This document shows positions 1 through 11,381 of a stretch of 33,197 bases of DNA, piece after piece; within the stretch, counting starts at the first letter, position 1; every line of letters begins with the position of its first letter. Under the pieces are notes generated by a model. The model saw only the letters and a program-made list of their open reading frames with translations, ran no database searches and was not told the origin of the DNA. Where the stretch lies: positions 1 through 33,197 of the forward strand of contig CAWFOU010000003.1 of assembly GCA_963817525.1 (NCBI GenBank). Direction: 5' to 3'. Both the position numbers and the translations under genes were made by a program. This DNA comes from an uncultured archaeon (GTDB lineage Archaea; Thermoproteota; Nitrososphaeria; Nitrososphaerales; Gagatemarchaeaceae).

Positions 1-742
1 ATTGATAGACGTCGTTGAATGATGAAGGCTCGTCGAACATGTAGATATCGGCGTCCTTTAGGGCAGCGACCGCGACGGCGACCCTCTGCAGCTCGCCTCC
101 GCTCAGGTCCGGTACGTTCTTTGACATCGCCTCCCCGAGTCCGAGCTCCGCGACGACCCCTTCGGTATTGCCCGTCTCGTCGAGCTTCTCCAGTAGAGAG
201 CGAACGTCCTTGGTCCAGACCTCGCGGAGCTTGTACACCGCCTGAGGCTTCAGGGAGACCCTGACCTCCCCATCGAGACCCTCTTGAAGTGGTCCTTCAT
301 CTCCCTCCCGCTGAGGTATTGAGGAACTTGTCCCACGACGGCTCGTGCTCGTAGTCGCCCCAGGTTGGGGACCGAGCTGGCCCGGAGTATCTGTAGCGCG
401 GTGGACTTGCCCACCCCGTTCCTCCCCACCAGCCCGACGACCTGGCCCTTCCTCGGGGTGGGAAGGCGGTAGAGCCTGAACGAGTTTATGCCGTACTGGT
501 GGATCTTGTCCTTCTTCAGCTCCTCCCCCAGGTTCAGTATCGTGATGGCGTCGAACGGGACAGACCTTTATGCAGATGCCACACCCGATGCACAGCGACT
601 CCGAGATCACTGCGAGCTTCTCCTCGCCCAGGTGGATGCAGTCCTCTCCGTTGATGTTCACCGGGCAGTCCCTGATGCACTCTAGGCCACACTTGTCCGA
701 GTGGCAGAGATCTTCATCTAGGACGGCTACTCTGTGAACCAA
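1..742 (-). CDS. rli: ABCE1/Rli ribosome-recycling ATPase, N-terminal part (runs off window; apparent frameshifts)
   Basis: Manual minus-strand translation from TTG at 742: MVHRVAVLDEDLCHSDKCGLECIRDCP...ISESLCIGCGICIKVCP (two Fe-S motifs), then HQYGINSFRLYRLPTPRKGQVVGLVGRNGVGKST (Walker A). Absent from the ORF track because of indels. Confidence 0.95.
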   Translation of the reverse strand, partial: MVHRVAVLDEDLCHSDKCGLECIRDCPVNINGEDCIHLGEEKLAVISESLCIGCGICIKVCPVRRHHDTEPGGGAEEGQDPPVRHKLVQALPPSHPEEGPGRRAGGEERGGQVHRATDTPGQLGPQPGATTSTSRRGTSSSIPQREGDEGPLQEGLDGEVRVSLKPQAVYKLREVWTKDVRSLLEKLDETGNTEGVVAELGLGEAMSKNVPDLSGGELQRVAVAVAALKDADIYMFDEPSSFNDVYQ

Positions 743-758
743 TGAAGCGACTCCCTCG

Positions 759-1282
759 TCAGTGCGTTCTTAGCTTTTTGGCGATGGGACAGAAACTGCA
801 GATTTTCGGGTCGTTTGCGAGCGACAGCCCTTCGTAGCGTGTACTTCTTTCTCGTCTCCGCCCAGACCGCTTCTTCGCTCGGCTCGCCGTTCAGGTGCAT
901 CAGCTCGTGCTCCTCGATGAGGGCCTGAGCCTGCAGGTCGAACAGTAGCTCTTCAGGAACGCTATCCTGCCTCTGGTCGAGTTGTACAGCATGAGACCGG
1001 CGGTCCCTCCTGTCAGCCACGCCATCACCAAGGAAGCCGGGAGTCCCACCATCGTCCTCGAAAGAAGGAATCCTATTGAGAAAGTGGCTACCAGGAGAGA
1101 GAAGCCCAGCACCCGCCCCTCCCTGCCGCTGGGGTACGAGAAACCTATCGCCCTCTTCGGGATAGACGAGAAGAAGAGCGGAGGGAACGCCAGCCTCACC
1201 GGCGCGAGAGCGTTACGAACCGAACGTCCGGGAACGAGGCGGGACCCATGGCCCCTCCCCACGCTCTTGTGTTCTTCTCCAT
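759..1282 (-). CDS. Hypothetical membrane protein with CxxC, HExxH and CxxC motifs (rebuilt across frameshifts)
   Basis: ORFs 900..1262 and 727..1020 plus a third frame give two hydrophobic helices, YCSTCRL, IEEHELMH and KICSFCPIAKKLRTH-stop. AT-rich TATA-like tract at 1316-1326. Start uncertain (1282 or 1301). Confidence 0.6.
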
Positions 1283-1335
1283 ACTACGCTGGTGTCTCCA
1301 TTCCGTGAAGGCCTGAATAATATATGTTGAGTTCC

Positions 1336-2160
1336 CTATTTATGCGAGCGACTCAAGTTCAGGTACATTTTTCCGATTCTGTCCTTCATGCGGGCCCCAA
1401 ACAGCCTGACCTGCCTTGAGACGGTGGGCGTGAAGTCAAGCGAAAGGGGAGAGATTGAGATAGCGTCGAGCTTGTGGACAGCGTAGATGTCAGAGTCCTT
1501 CTCAAACGTCGGCAGTCTTGCCCCCCAGACCCAGTAGTACGGCCTCCCTCTCGGGTCCTTTCGCTCTATGACGTAATCCCGATACTTCCTCACCTCAATC
1601 GATGTGAGCTTCACCTTCGTACCCTCCGTCGTATTCCATGGGAAGTTGACGTTGAGCAGGCTCACTCCGGCGGGAAGACCGTTCTCGAGGATCTCGAGGG
1701 CTATCTCTGCGGCTACGCGGGCAGGGAGGTCGAAGCGCGGGTCCTTCTGCCCGTGGCTGAAGCGTCTGGTTGAAGGGACCTCCATCGAGAACGCGATGGA
1801 TGGGATTCCGAGAAGAGCCGCCTCCATGGCCGCGGCGACGGTCCCGGAAGCCAGGATGTCCTGTATTGTGAGGTTCTCGCCAATGTTGATGCCCGACAAA
1901 ACCATGTCGGGACGCCGCGGGAGCATCTTGTTCACGCCGACCATCACCGAATCGGCGGGACTCCCGGACACTGCATAGCAGAGCCTGCCGTGGACGAGCA
2001 CCTTCTCGACGCGCAGAGGCCTGTGGAATGTGAGGCTCATGCCGGCCGCGCTCTGCTGCCCCTCGGGCGCTATCACCGAGACGTTGGCGTACGCGGAGAG
2101 GGACTCGGAGAGGGCGACGATGCCTGGGCTGAACACGCCGTCATCGTTGGTGACCATCAC
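1336..2160 (-). CDS. surE: 5'/3'-nucleotidase SurE
   Basis: VTNDDG, SGSPADSV, SGINIGEN and SGTVAAAMEA motifs in an intact ORF. Confidence 0.97.
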   Translation of the reverse strand: MMVTNDDGVFSPGIVALSESLSAYANVSVIAPEGQQSAAGMSLTFHRPLRVEKVLVHGRLCYAVSGSPADSVMVGVNKMLPRRPDMVLSGINIGENLTIQDILASGTVAAAMEAALLGIPSIAFSMEVPSTRRFSHGQKDPRFDLPARVAAEIALEILENGLPAGVSLLNVNFPWNTTEGTKVKLTSIEVRKYRDYVIERKDPRGRPYYWVWGARLPTFEKDSDIYAVHKLDAISISPLSLDFTPTVSRQVRLFGARMKDRIGKMYLNLSRSHK

Positions 2161-2192
2161 GAGCGGACCATCCGGCGCGCGGCTCTTTGCCT

Positions 2193-2819
2193 TCAGCTCC
2201 TTCCCCTCCTGACTTTGGTAACGACGGCTTTCATCGCCGCTTCGGGGTCACTGCAGCCATAATGCTCTTTCAAGATCGCCCTCGCGTGCTCTGGTGTGTC
2301 TTCAGCGAAGATAAGGTAAGCTATCTGTTCCTCTTCCGGCGAGAGCGACATACCTTCGATGAGGGCTCCTATCCGGGCTTCGTCTTCTGTGACCTCATCG
2401 AGCACTCTCTTCATCCTCTGGGACAGCTCCCTCGCCCTCCTCCTCATGATGACGATATCCTGTGCTAGCCAGTCGAGCTCCTCGTAGGTATCCCTGACCT
2501 TCAATGGGGGCTCCCTGAGGGACCTTCCGATAGTAGCGACGAGGAGGTCTCCCTCGGAGTAATCGGCGATCTTCCTGCTTTCGACGTAGTAGAGCTTCCT
2601 CTGGCTCAGGAATCTTCCTCCCCGCATCTTCTTCTCTGCAAGGATTCCCTCGTCCCTGAGTTTCACCAGGTGCTTCAGCACACCCTGCACGGAGATCCCC
2701 GTCAGGTCTGCAAGCTCGCCCAGGGTCGCCGGCCTTGAAGACAATAGGTTGGCAATCCTCAGCCGTGCTCTCGAGCTTGCAACCTCCTCTATCGTGACCA
2801 AGAATACGCTCCCGGCCAT
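2193..2819 (-). CDS. ArsR-like winged-HTH transcriptional regulator with C-terminal coiled coil; putative heat-shock repressor
   Basis: ASSRARLRIANLLSSRPATLGELADLTGISVQGVLKHLVKLRDEGIL is a wHTH signature, followed by a heptad-rich helix. Divergent from hsp20-cdc48. Start may be 2837, 2819 or TTG 2801. Confidence 0.85.
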   Translation of the reverse strand: MAGSVFLVTIEEVASSRARLRIANLLSSRPATLGELADLTGISVQGVLKHLVKLRDEGILAEKKMRGGRFLSQRKLYYVESRKIADYSEGDLLVATIGRSLREPPLKVRDTYEELDWLAQDIVIMRRRARELSQRMKRVLDEVTEDEARIGALIEGMSLSPEEEQIAYLIFAEDTPEHARAILKEHYGCSDPEAAMKAVVTKVRRGRS

Positions 2820-2837
2820 AGAAAGGTTCATAAACAT

Positions 2838-2867
2838 TTAACCATTGGCTAATTAACCAGAGGTTAA
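2838..2867. promoter_or_regulatory. Two abutting 15-bp inverted-repeat operators over the hsp20 promoter
   Basis: TTAACC-ATT-GGCTAA (2838-2852) and TTAACC-AGA-GGTTAA (2853-2867), ending 2 nt before the hsp20 TTG. Confidence 0.75.
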
Positions 2868-2869
2868 CC

Positions 2870-3368
2870 TTGTCAGAAGAAAGAAAGAACCTTCGTGATA
2901 TGCTCGATGAGCTCGATCGCTTCTTCCAGGACTTCGAGCGAAGTCTGGAGCAGACGATCAAAGATAGCGTAAACACGGGACAGAAAGCGTTCTCGAAGCC
3001 CGTGGTCGCCGGGATGGCGATGGGGCTCGGGCCCGAAGGCAAACCAAGGATCCAGTTCTTCGGGGACAATCTCATCGGTCCCGACGGATATCGCTCTCCC
3101 ATCTACGAACAGGTGGTGGATATGAAGGCCGGGAACCTGAGGCTGGTCGTGGAGCTCCCAGGCGTCGAGAAGGAAGACGTGCAGATATCCGCACTCGAGG
3201 ACCGCATCACTCTGGACGCAGCGAAGGGCGACAGGAAATACAAGATGGACCTCGCCCTTCAGAACGCGATAGACCCGGAGTCCGGGACCGCGTCTTACAC
3301 AAACGGAGTACTAGAAGTGGTCTTCAAATTGATGGATAAGACTAATAAGGGATACAGGCGAGTCAGAG

Positions 3369-3376
<8 letters not shown>
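2870..3376 (+). CDS. hsp20: Small heat-shock protein (Hsp20/alpha-crystallin family)
   Basis: [13 protein letters not shown] and [10 protein letters not shown] alpha-crystallin motifs; archaeal-type N-terminus. Confidence 0.95.
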
Positions 3377-5560
<2,184 letters not shown>

Positions 5561-5607
5561 TACGGCCGCAATCTCTTTAATCGCCCGGAGCCGTCCAAGG
5601 ATTTCAC

Positions 5608-7253
5608 TTGTCCCAGCAGGTCAAGATAATCGGCAGAGGAACCTGGCTCGACCGAGTCGCTAGCGAGGTCATCGAGAGTGACAAATCGCTGGGTCTGGAC
5701 CTATCGCTCGTCAGGGTCGAGAGCGGACTCGGCGCGTCGGGGCTGCCCCACATCGGCAGCGTCGGAGACGCCATCAGGTCCTATGGGGTCAAGATGGCCC
5801 TCGAGACCTTTGGCTACAAGTCTGAACTCATCGCTTTCTCCGACGACCTGGACGGCTTCAGAAAGGTGCCTGCGGGATTCCCCGCCTGGCTGAACGACTA
5901 CATCGCCCACCCGGTCACTCGCGTCCCCGACCCGTTCGGCTGCCACAAGTCCTTCGGCGAGCACGTGGGGTCGCTTCTCAAGCAGTCGCTCGATGAGCTT
6001 GGGATAAAGTACAACTTCATGAGCGGAGCTGAGGTCTACAAGAAGGGTCTTCTCAACGAACAGATCAAGACGATACTGCAGAACGCAAAGGTGGTCGGGG
6101 ACAAGATCAAGGAGTTCACCGGTCAGGACAAGTACACCGAGAGGTTCCCGTACACCCCGATCTGCGCGAACTGCGGAAGGCTGTACACGACGGTCGTCAC
6201 CGGGTACGACCCGGAGAAGCACCTGGTGCACTACAAGTGCAACAGGGCGAAGAATCAGGGACCTAGTCGTGGTGGGCTGCGGGTACGAAGGTGATAGGGA
6301 CGTCACAGAGGGAGAGGGAAAGCTCGTCTGGAAGAGCGAGTTCGCCGCACGTTGGGCCGCCCTCGATATCCGGTTCGAGGCGTACGGCAAGGACATCGCG
6401 GACTCGGTCAAGGTCAACGACTGGATATGCGAGAACGTCCTCAAGCACCCCCCGCCTTATCACGTCAGGTACGAAATGTTCCAGGACAAATCCGGCCGGA
6501 AGATAGCAAAGTCCGTCGGGAACGTATTGACCCCGGAGGACTGGCTGACCTACGCGTCAGCCGCGAGTCTGAGACTGCTGATGTTCAAGAGGATCGTCGG
6601 GACCCGGAACATTTCCATAGAGGACATCCCGACATACATGGACGAGTTCGACGAGCTAGAGGAATACTACTTCTCTAAGGAGAGAGGATCCGAACCAGCT
6701 GAAGGACGCCAGGCTGCGCGGGCTCTACGAATACACGGTGCTGACCGCCGTCCCGCAGAAGCCCGGAGTACACGTTCCCTATCGTCAAGTCGCAGAACTC
6801 GCTTCGACGGCCCCTGATGGTGTCACCATGGAGTTCGTCACAAGGCGTCTCATCGCTAACGGTGCCGTCATGGAGCCTTCGCCCGAGCTGGCGAGCAGGA
6901 TAGATTGGGCTGCCAAGTGGGCGCGCGCAGTGAAGCTCAGAGCCTCCGAAACTGGAGGTGCGGCGGACAAGCCTGAACAAGAGTTGCCCAGCCTTGACCC
7001 CAAGACGGTCTCTGCCCTCAGAAACTTTGCCTCGGCGGTCGCCGCGAGCAAGACTCCAGAAGAGGCACAGGCCGCAGCCTTCGACTCGGTGAAGCAGAGC
7101 GGCGCCGAGTCTGGAAAGTTCTTCACGGCCGTGTACAGGATACTCGTTGGCGCCGACAGGGGCCCTAGGCTGGGACCCTACGTGATGGACGCAGGTCCGG
7201 AGAAGGTCGCTCAGAAGATTATCGCCGCTCTGGACGCTGCAAGGTATAACTAG
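5608..7253 (+). CDS. lysS: Class I lysyl-tRNA synthetase (apparent frameshifts near 6255 and 6680)
   Basis: SGLPHIGS (HIGH-like), GKLVWKSEFAARW, EAYGKD, KIAKSVGN (KMSKS-like), C-terminal GPRLG. Confidence 0.96.
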
Positions 7254-7276
7254 CCTAGTGGTTTCAGCGGTTCTCA

Positions 7277-7374
7277 GGGCCCGTAGCCTAGTACGGATCA
7301 GGGCATCAAACTGTGCTTGGTGTGCATGCCTGCGAAGCTGGAGGCCGCCGGTTCAAATCCGGCCGGGCCCGCCA
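7277..7374 (+). tRNA. tRNA-Arg(GCG) with 19-nt intron at 29/30 (7309-7327) and encoded CCA
   Basis: Acceptor stem GGGCCCG/CGGGCCC, T-arm GCCGG-TTCAAAT-CCGGC, discriminator G then CCA. After intron removal the anticodon arm is TCAGC-CT-GCG-AA-GCTGG, anticodon at 7332-7334. Confidence 0.93.
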
Positions 7375-7460
7375 TGACTCACCTCTTGTAGATCTCTATC
7401 CGGACCGTCATGCTTCGTTGCCGAGTTTCGAGAGATCCGCTGAGAACCTGGTGTGTCGAG

Positions 7461-7823
7461 CTATGCCTTCCGTCTCGTCCGCCAGAGGTAGAGCGGTATT
7501 AGGACGAGCAGGCAGACCTGCATCACCGAGCCAGCAGCGAAGATGAAGGCCGGCACCGCCTGCCCGGTGCTGAAGAAGGCGTAGTGCTGCGGCTGGGGCA
7601 GTGAGACCGCTAGGACGACGATTGCGAGCACGAATATGACGTAGTAGGCCCACGTTCGCCGCTGCGCTACGGCGAGGCTGCTGATGGCGTAGGCCATCTC
7701 GCCGGCGAAAAGGCTCGCCTGCAGCCAGCCCGGGACGACGCCGCTCACCTCGTAGAGCAGGAAGAGTCCGAGGAACACCGTCGCATAGATCAGTCCGTCG
7801 ACAGCCTTCTTGAGCGCCGTCAT
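7461..7823 (-). CDS. Small hypothetical membrane protein (about 4 TM)
   Basis: Intact 120-aa ORF with four hydrophobic segments and a basic C-terminus; TATA-like tract at 7854-7862. Confidence 0.8.
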   Translation of the reverse strand: MTALKKAVDGLIYATVFLGLFLLYEVSGVVPGWLQASLFAGEMAYAISSLAVAQRRTWAYYVIFVLAIVVLAVSLPQPQHYAFFSTGQAVPAFIFAAGSVMQVCLLVLIPLYLWRTRRKA

Positions 7824-7892
7824 GCTTCCCCGTGCGGCGACCCCGGTCGCTGGATAAATATTCCACGCGGTAGTGATGAAGCGACGGACGAG

Positions 7893-8171
7893 ATGGCACG
7901 CATAAGCGTACGCATTCAGGTCTCAGGACGGGTCCAGGGCGTATCCTTCCGGGCAATAATGCGGGAGGAGGCTATGCACAACCGGGTGGACGGATGGGTC
8001 CGGAATCGAAGGGACGGTTCCGTCGAAGCCCTCCTCCAGGGAGACGAGGTAGCGGTCCGCAAGCTAGTCGAGTGGGCGAGGCTCGGCCCTCCGCGGGCAA
8101 CGGTCTCTTCGCTCAGGGAGGAGAAGCTGAATTCGCACCCGAACCAGGACGGCTTCAGAATCCTGGAGTGA
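7893..8171 (+). CDS. acyP: Acylphosphatase
   Basis: VSGRVQGVSFR and GWVRNRRDGSVEA signatures. Confidence 0.96.
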   Translation: MARISVRIQVSGRVQGVSFRAIMREEAMHNRVDGWVRNRRDGSVEALLQGDEVAVRKLVEWARLGPPRATVSSLREEKLNSHPNQDGFRILE

Positions 8172-8212
8172 TTCTGCAAAGCATAAATCAGTCACACGGC
8201 ACCGCCGGTCTT

Positions 8213-9223
8213 ATGAAAAAAGTCGCCCTGATAAGGGGTGACGGAACGGGGCCGGAGCTCGTCGATGCGATGCTGCTCGTGCTGAAGGCGAGCGGATCCA
8301 GTGCGGAGTTCATCACCTGCGACGCCGGTGCCGACTGGTGGGAGACGAACAAGGGTCCGAGCTTCATCCCCGATGAGACGTGGAAGGTCCTGGAGGAGGC
8401 GGACTGTTGTTTCAAGGGCCCGACCACGACGCTCCCCATCGCGGGAACCCCGAGGTCCGTCGCGATTAGCATCAGGCAGAAGTTCAATCTTTACGCCAAC
8501 GTAAGGCCGATCAAGACATTCTCGGACCGGGTGGGTCCCCTGGGGCCCGTCGACTTCCTCTGTGTGCGCGAAGGAACGGAGGGGCTCTATTCCGGAATCG
8601 AGTACAAGCTGACGGACGACGTCGCGGTTGCGATGCGCGTCATCAGCAGGGACAAGTCGACCAAGGTCTCAAGGTATGCCTTCGAGGAGGCGAGGAGAAG
8701 AGGATGGAAGAAGCTGGTGGCGATCAACAAGGCGAACATCCTCAAGGTCACCGACGGACTCTTCCTCGACTCCGTGCACAGCGTCGGTAAGGCCTACCCG
8801 GAGGTGGAGATAGAGGACCTCTTCATAGACAACTTCTCGCAGCAGCTCGTGAAGAACCCGCAGAGGTTCGACCAGACGGTGGTCCTCGGAACAAACCTCT
8901 TCATGGACATCGTGTCCGAGGAGGCCGCCGGCCTCGTCGGAAGTATAGCGATGATCTACTCGGCGAACATTGGTGACCGCTATGCGATGTTCGAGCCGGC
9001 CCACGGCAGCACGCCGAAGTACAGAGGGATGAACAAGGTCAACCCCGCCGCGACGATCCTATCAGGCGCCTGGATGCTCCAGTACATCGGGGAGGAGAAG
9101 CAGGGCAAGGCCGTCTTCGAGGCAACAATGAAGGTCATCTCAGAAGGCAAGCAGGTCACCTACGACTTGGGCGGGTCGGCGGGCACCAGAGAGATGGCGC
9201 AGGCCATCGCCGCGCAGCTTTAG
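8213..9223 (+). CDS. Isocitrate/isopropylmalate dehydrogenase family enzyme, probably isocitrate dehydrogenase
   Basis: GDGTGPE, KGPTTT, LYANVRP, KANILK, NLFMDIVSE, FEPAHGSTPKY. Start taken as ATG 8213, with CATAAAT about 30 nt upstream. Substrate is inferred. Confidence 0.9.
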   Translation: MKKVALIRGDGTGPELVDAMLLVLKASGSSAEFITCDAGADWWETNKGPSFIPDETWKVLEEADCCFKGPTTTLPIAGTPRSVAISIRQKFNLYANVRPIKTFSDRVGPLGPVDFLCVREGTEGLYSGIEYKLTDDVAVAMRVISRDKSTKVSRYAFEEARRRGWKKLVAINKANILKVTDGLFLDSVHSVGKAYPEVEIEDLFIDNFSQQLVKNPQRFDQTVVLGTNLFMDIVSEEAAGLVGSIAMIYSANIGDRYAMFEPAHGSTPKYRGMNKVNPAATILSGAWMLQYIGEEKQGKAVFEATMKVISEGKQVTYDLGGSAGTREMAQAIAAQL

Positions 9224-9229
9224 TGCGTG

Positions 9230-9286
9230 TCAGAGAACGCTGCTTGACAGGCCGCCGATTCAGCTTGACGGTCACTTGGTCATCAT
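9230..9286 (-). ncRNA. Possible C/D-box sRNA
   Basis: Intergenic minus strand reads ATGATGA-16nt-CTGA-26nt-CTGA (57 nt). No clear C' box and no target identified. Confidence 0.3.
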
Positions 9287-9345
9287 CCTTTTGACTCTTG
9301 GTGAGGATATATATTGGGCAACCTCGAGTCAGATGATCATCTAGT

Positions 9346-9744
9346 ATGCAAAATCCCCCCGCCGCTGCAGAAGCATTTACGCCTCCGGCCGATATCATAT
9401 TGGTTACGACGCCTTTCGTGTCTGGCTATCGTGTGACCCGTGTCGTAGGCGCGACGTTTGGGCTGATCGTAAGGTCACGGGGACTAGGACAGAACGTCTT
9501 CGCGTACTTCCGGGCTTGGGGTGGAGGCGAGATTAAGGTGTACACCACTCTCCTAGAACAGGTGCGCCACCAAGCAATGCGGCGGCTCGCGGACCATGCA
9601 AAGAGCCTAGGAGCGAACGCGGTCGTCTCAGTCGGCTTCGACACGTCAGAGATGGGTTCGTCAATGACAGAAGTGCTCGCCTATGGTACAGCGGTGGTCG
9701 TGGAACCTGACACCTCTCCTGCACAGCAGGTCGCGCTCCGCTGA
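9346..9744 (+). CDS. ybjQ: YbjQ/UPF0145 family protein
   Basis: GGEIKVYTTLLEQVRHQAMRRL, LGANAVV, EVLAYGTAV. Confidence 0.93.
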   Translation: MQNPPAAAEAFTPPADIILVTTPFVSGYRVTRVVGATFGLIVRSRGLGQNVFAYFRAWGGGEIKVYTTLLEQVRHQAMRRLADHAKSLGANAVVSVGFDTSEMGSSMTEVLAYGTAVVVEPDTSPAQQVALR

Positions 9745-9827
9745 GACAATGCGGGGCCGCGCTATATTTTCAGACGGACTCCCTTTAGCGCGGAACGCTT
9801 ATTTATCGTCGAAGAGTCGCTCGGGGT

Positions 9828-10460
9828 ATGTCTCTTCTGGTCAGGATAGACGCTGAGATCGAGAAAAAGAGCCTCCTCAAGCATCCCTTCTACCGAATGT
9901 GGTCAGAGGGCAAGTTGACGCAGGAGAACCTCGCAGGCTATTCAATGGAATACTTCCAGTTGGTCAAGGCTGTGCCGCGGCTAGTCTCCAACGTCGCCGG
10001 GTTAGCGGGACCTGCGCGTTCCGGCCAGATAAGGGAGAACATGGAGGAAGAGGTCACACACATCGAGCCATGGAGGAGGTTCTCAGCCTCTCTCGGCGTA
10101 TCCAAGAGCAAGCTGGAGAGTTACCGCGGTGCTGCGGCCACCCTCAATTGTGTCCGCAGTTTGGAGCAGCTCACGCTCTCTTCCTTCGAGGAGGGTACGG
10201 CAGCGCTCTACGCCTACGAAAAGCAGCTACCCGAGATCAGCCGCTCCAAGATTGACGGACTGAGGAAGTTCTACGGACTGGAGGGCGGGGATGCGACGAG
10301 ATACTTCGAGCTACACGAAGAGGCTGATGTCAGACACGCCGCGGTCTGGAAGGCCTTTCTGGCGAGGACCACTTCTGACCGGAAGGTCATGAAGGCGGTG
10401 TCCGGTTCGTTGAAGGCACAGAACGGCCTTCTCGATTCGGTTATGGCCAACCACTGCTAG
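9828..10460 (+). CDS. CADD/CT610-like heme-oxygenase-fold dimetal oxidase (PqqC/TenA superfamily); putative pABA synthase
   Basis: HPFY-x2-WSEGKLT, EEEVTH, ALYAYEKQLPEISRSKIDGL, YFELHEEADVRH; lies directly upstream of folB-folK. Confidence 0.85.
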   Translation: MSLLVRIDAEIEKKSLLKHPFYRMWSEGKLTQENLAGYSMEYFQLVKAVPRLVSNVAGLAGPARSGQIRENMEEEVTHIEPWRRFSASLGVSKSKLESYRGAAATLNCVRSLEQLTLSSFEEGTAALYAYEKQLPEISRSKIDGLRKFYGLEGGDATRYFELHEEADVRHAAVWKAFLARTTSDRKVMKAVSGSLKAQNGLLDSVMANHC

Positions 10461-10526
10461 AACGGTCTAAAGCGCAGCGAGGGCGAAGCTTAAGACCCGA
10501 CGCGTTGCTCGTGGTCGCAGCTCTCA

Positions 10527-10893
10527 ATGACCGATAGGATATTCATCGACAACCTTCGTCTCAGCTGCAGAGTGGGCATCACACCGGAGGAGAGAGAGAA
10601 AACACAGGAGGTCCTGGTCGAGATCAACATGTTCCTGAGCCTCGCAGGGGCCGGGAAGAGCGACGATGTGAAGCAGACGGTCAACTACAAGGAGGTCATG
10701 CAGCGCGTCTCCCTCTTCGTCTCGGGAAACAGTTCGGTCTGCTCGAGAGCCTTGCCGAGGGTATCGCCGGTATCGTGATGGCGTCTTCCTCGTGGAGCAG
10801 GTCGTGGTGAGGGTGCGCAAGGCCAAGTATTCGGGAGAACCCTCGATCGGGATAGAGGTCGCAAGGGACAGAAAGTCATGGTCGAGTCGCTGA
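10527..10893 (+). CDS. folB: Dihydroneopterin aldolase FolB (frameshifted)
   Basis: DRIFIDNL, VGITPEEREKTQEVLVEI, DDVKQTVNY; shifted frames continue FGLLESLAE and VVVRVRK...IGIEV. Confidence 0.9.
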
Positions 10894-11381
10894 TAGCGCT
10901 AGGCTCCAACGTCGGGGAAAGGGAGGAGAACCTGAGGCGCGCCGATCGCCGCTTTAGGACGGCTGGGGAAGATGTCCAGTGTCTCGTCCGTCTACGAGAC
11001 GGAACCCATGTACCTCAAGGACCAGGGCTGGTTCCTGAACTGCGTCGTCTCACTGCAGACCGACCTGAGACCCGAGGGACCTGCTCGAGGCGCTGAAGGC
11101 GATAGAGACAGCTATGGGCAGGACCGCGCGAGCAGATACGGCCCGCGGGTCTTGGACCTGGACATCCTCTTCTACGAGTCGGAGGTCGTCTCGGAGCCGG
11201 GGCTGGAGATACCGCACCCAAGGATCGCTGAGAGGGGGTTCGTCCTCGCTCCGCTCGAGGAGATACGGCCCACCCTGGTGCATCCTGTGCTCGGCAAGAC
11301 GGTATCCGAGATGCGCGCGAGCTGAAGGTCGACAAGAAGGTCGTCAGAAGACTCGGCCCGCTGTCCGACCCCGTCCCGTGA
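10878..11381 (+). CDS. folK: 6-hydroxymethyl-7,8-dihydropterin pyrophosphokinase FolK (frameshifted)
   Basis: IALGSNVG, SSVYETEP, FLNCVV, RYGPRVLDLDIL, IPHPRIAERGFVLAPL. End at 11325 or 11381. Confidence 0.93.

Noticed and set aside
7350-7460. tRNA 3' end as an integration site for an island
   Set aside because: No integrase or transposase, no duplicate tRNA 3' end noticed, and downstream genes are metabolic.
7873-7879. Box C-like GTGATGA upstream of acyP
   Set aside because: No CTGA D box at a suitable distance.
7994-8212. 73-aa N-terminal extension on the dehydrogenase ORF
   Set aside because: It overlaps acyP in another frame. Family similarity starts at MKKVALIRGDG (8213), which has its own TATA-like element.
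9828-10460. PqqC or thiaminase II (TenA) annotation
   Set aside because: No other pqq genes are present. The full dimetal ligand set, the Tyr/Lys positions and the fol neighbourhood fit CADD better.
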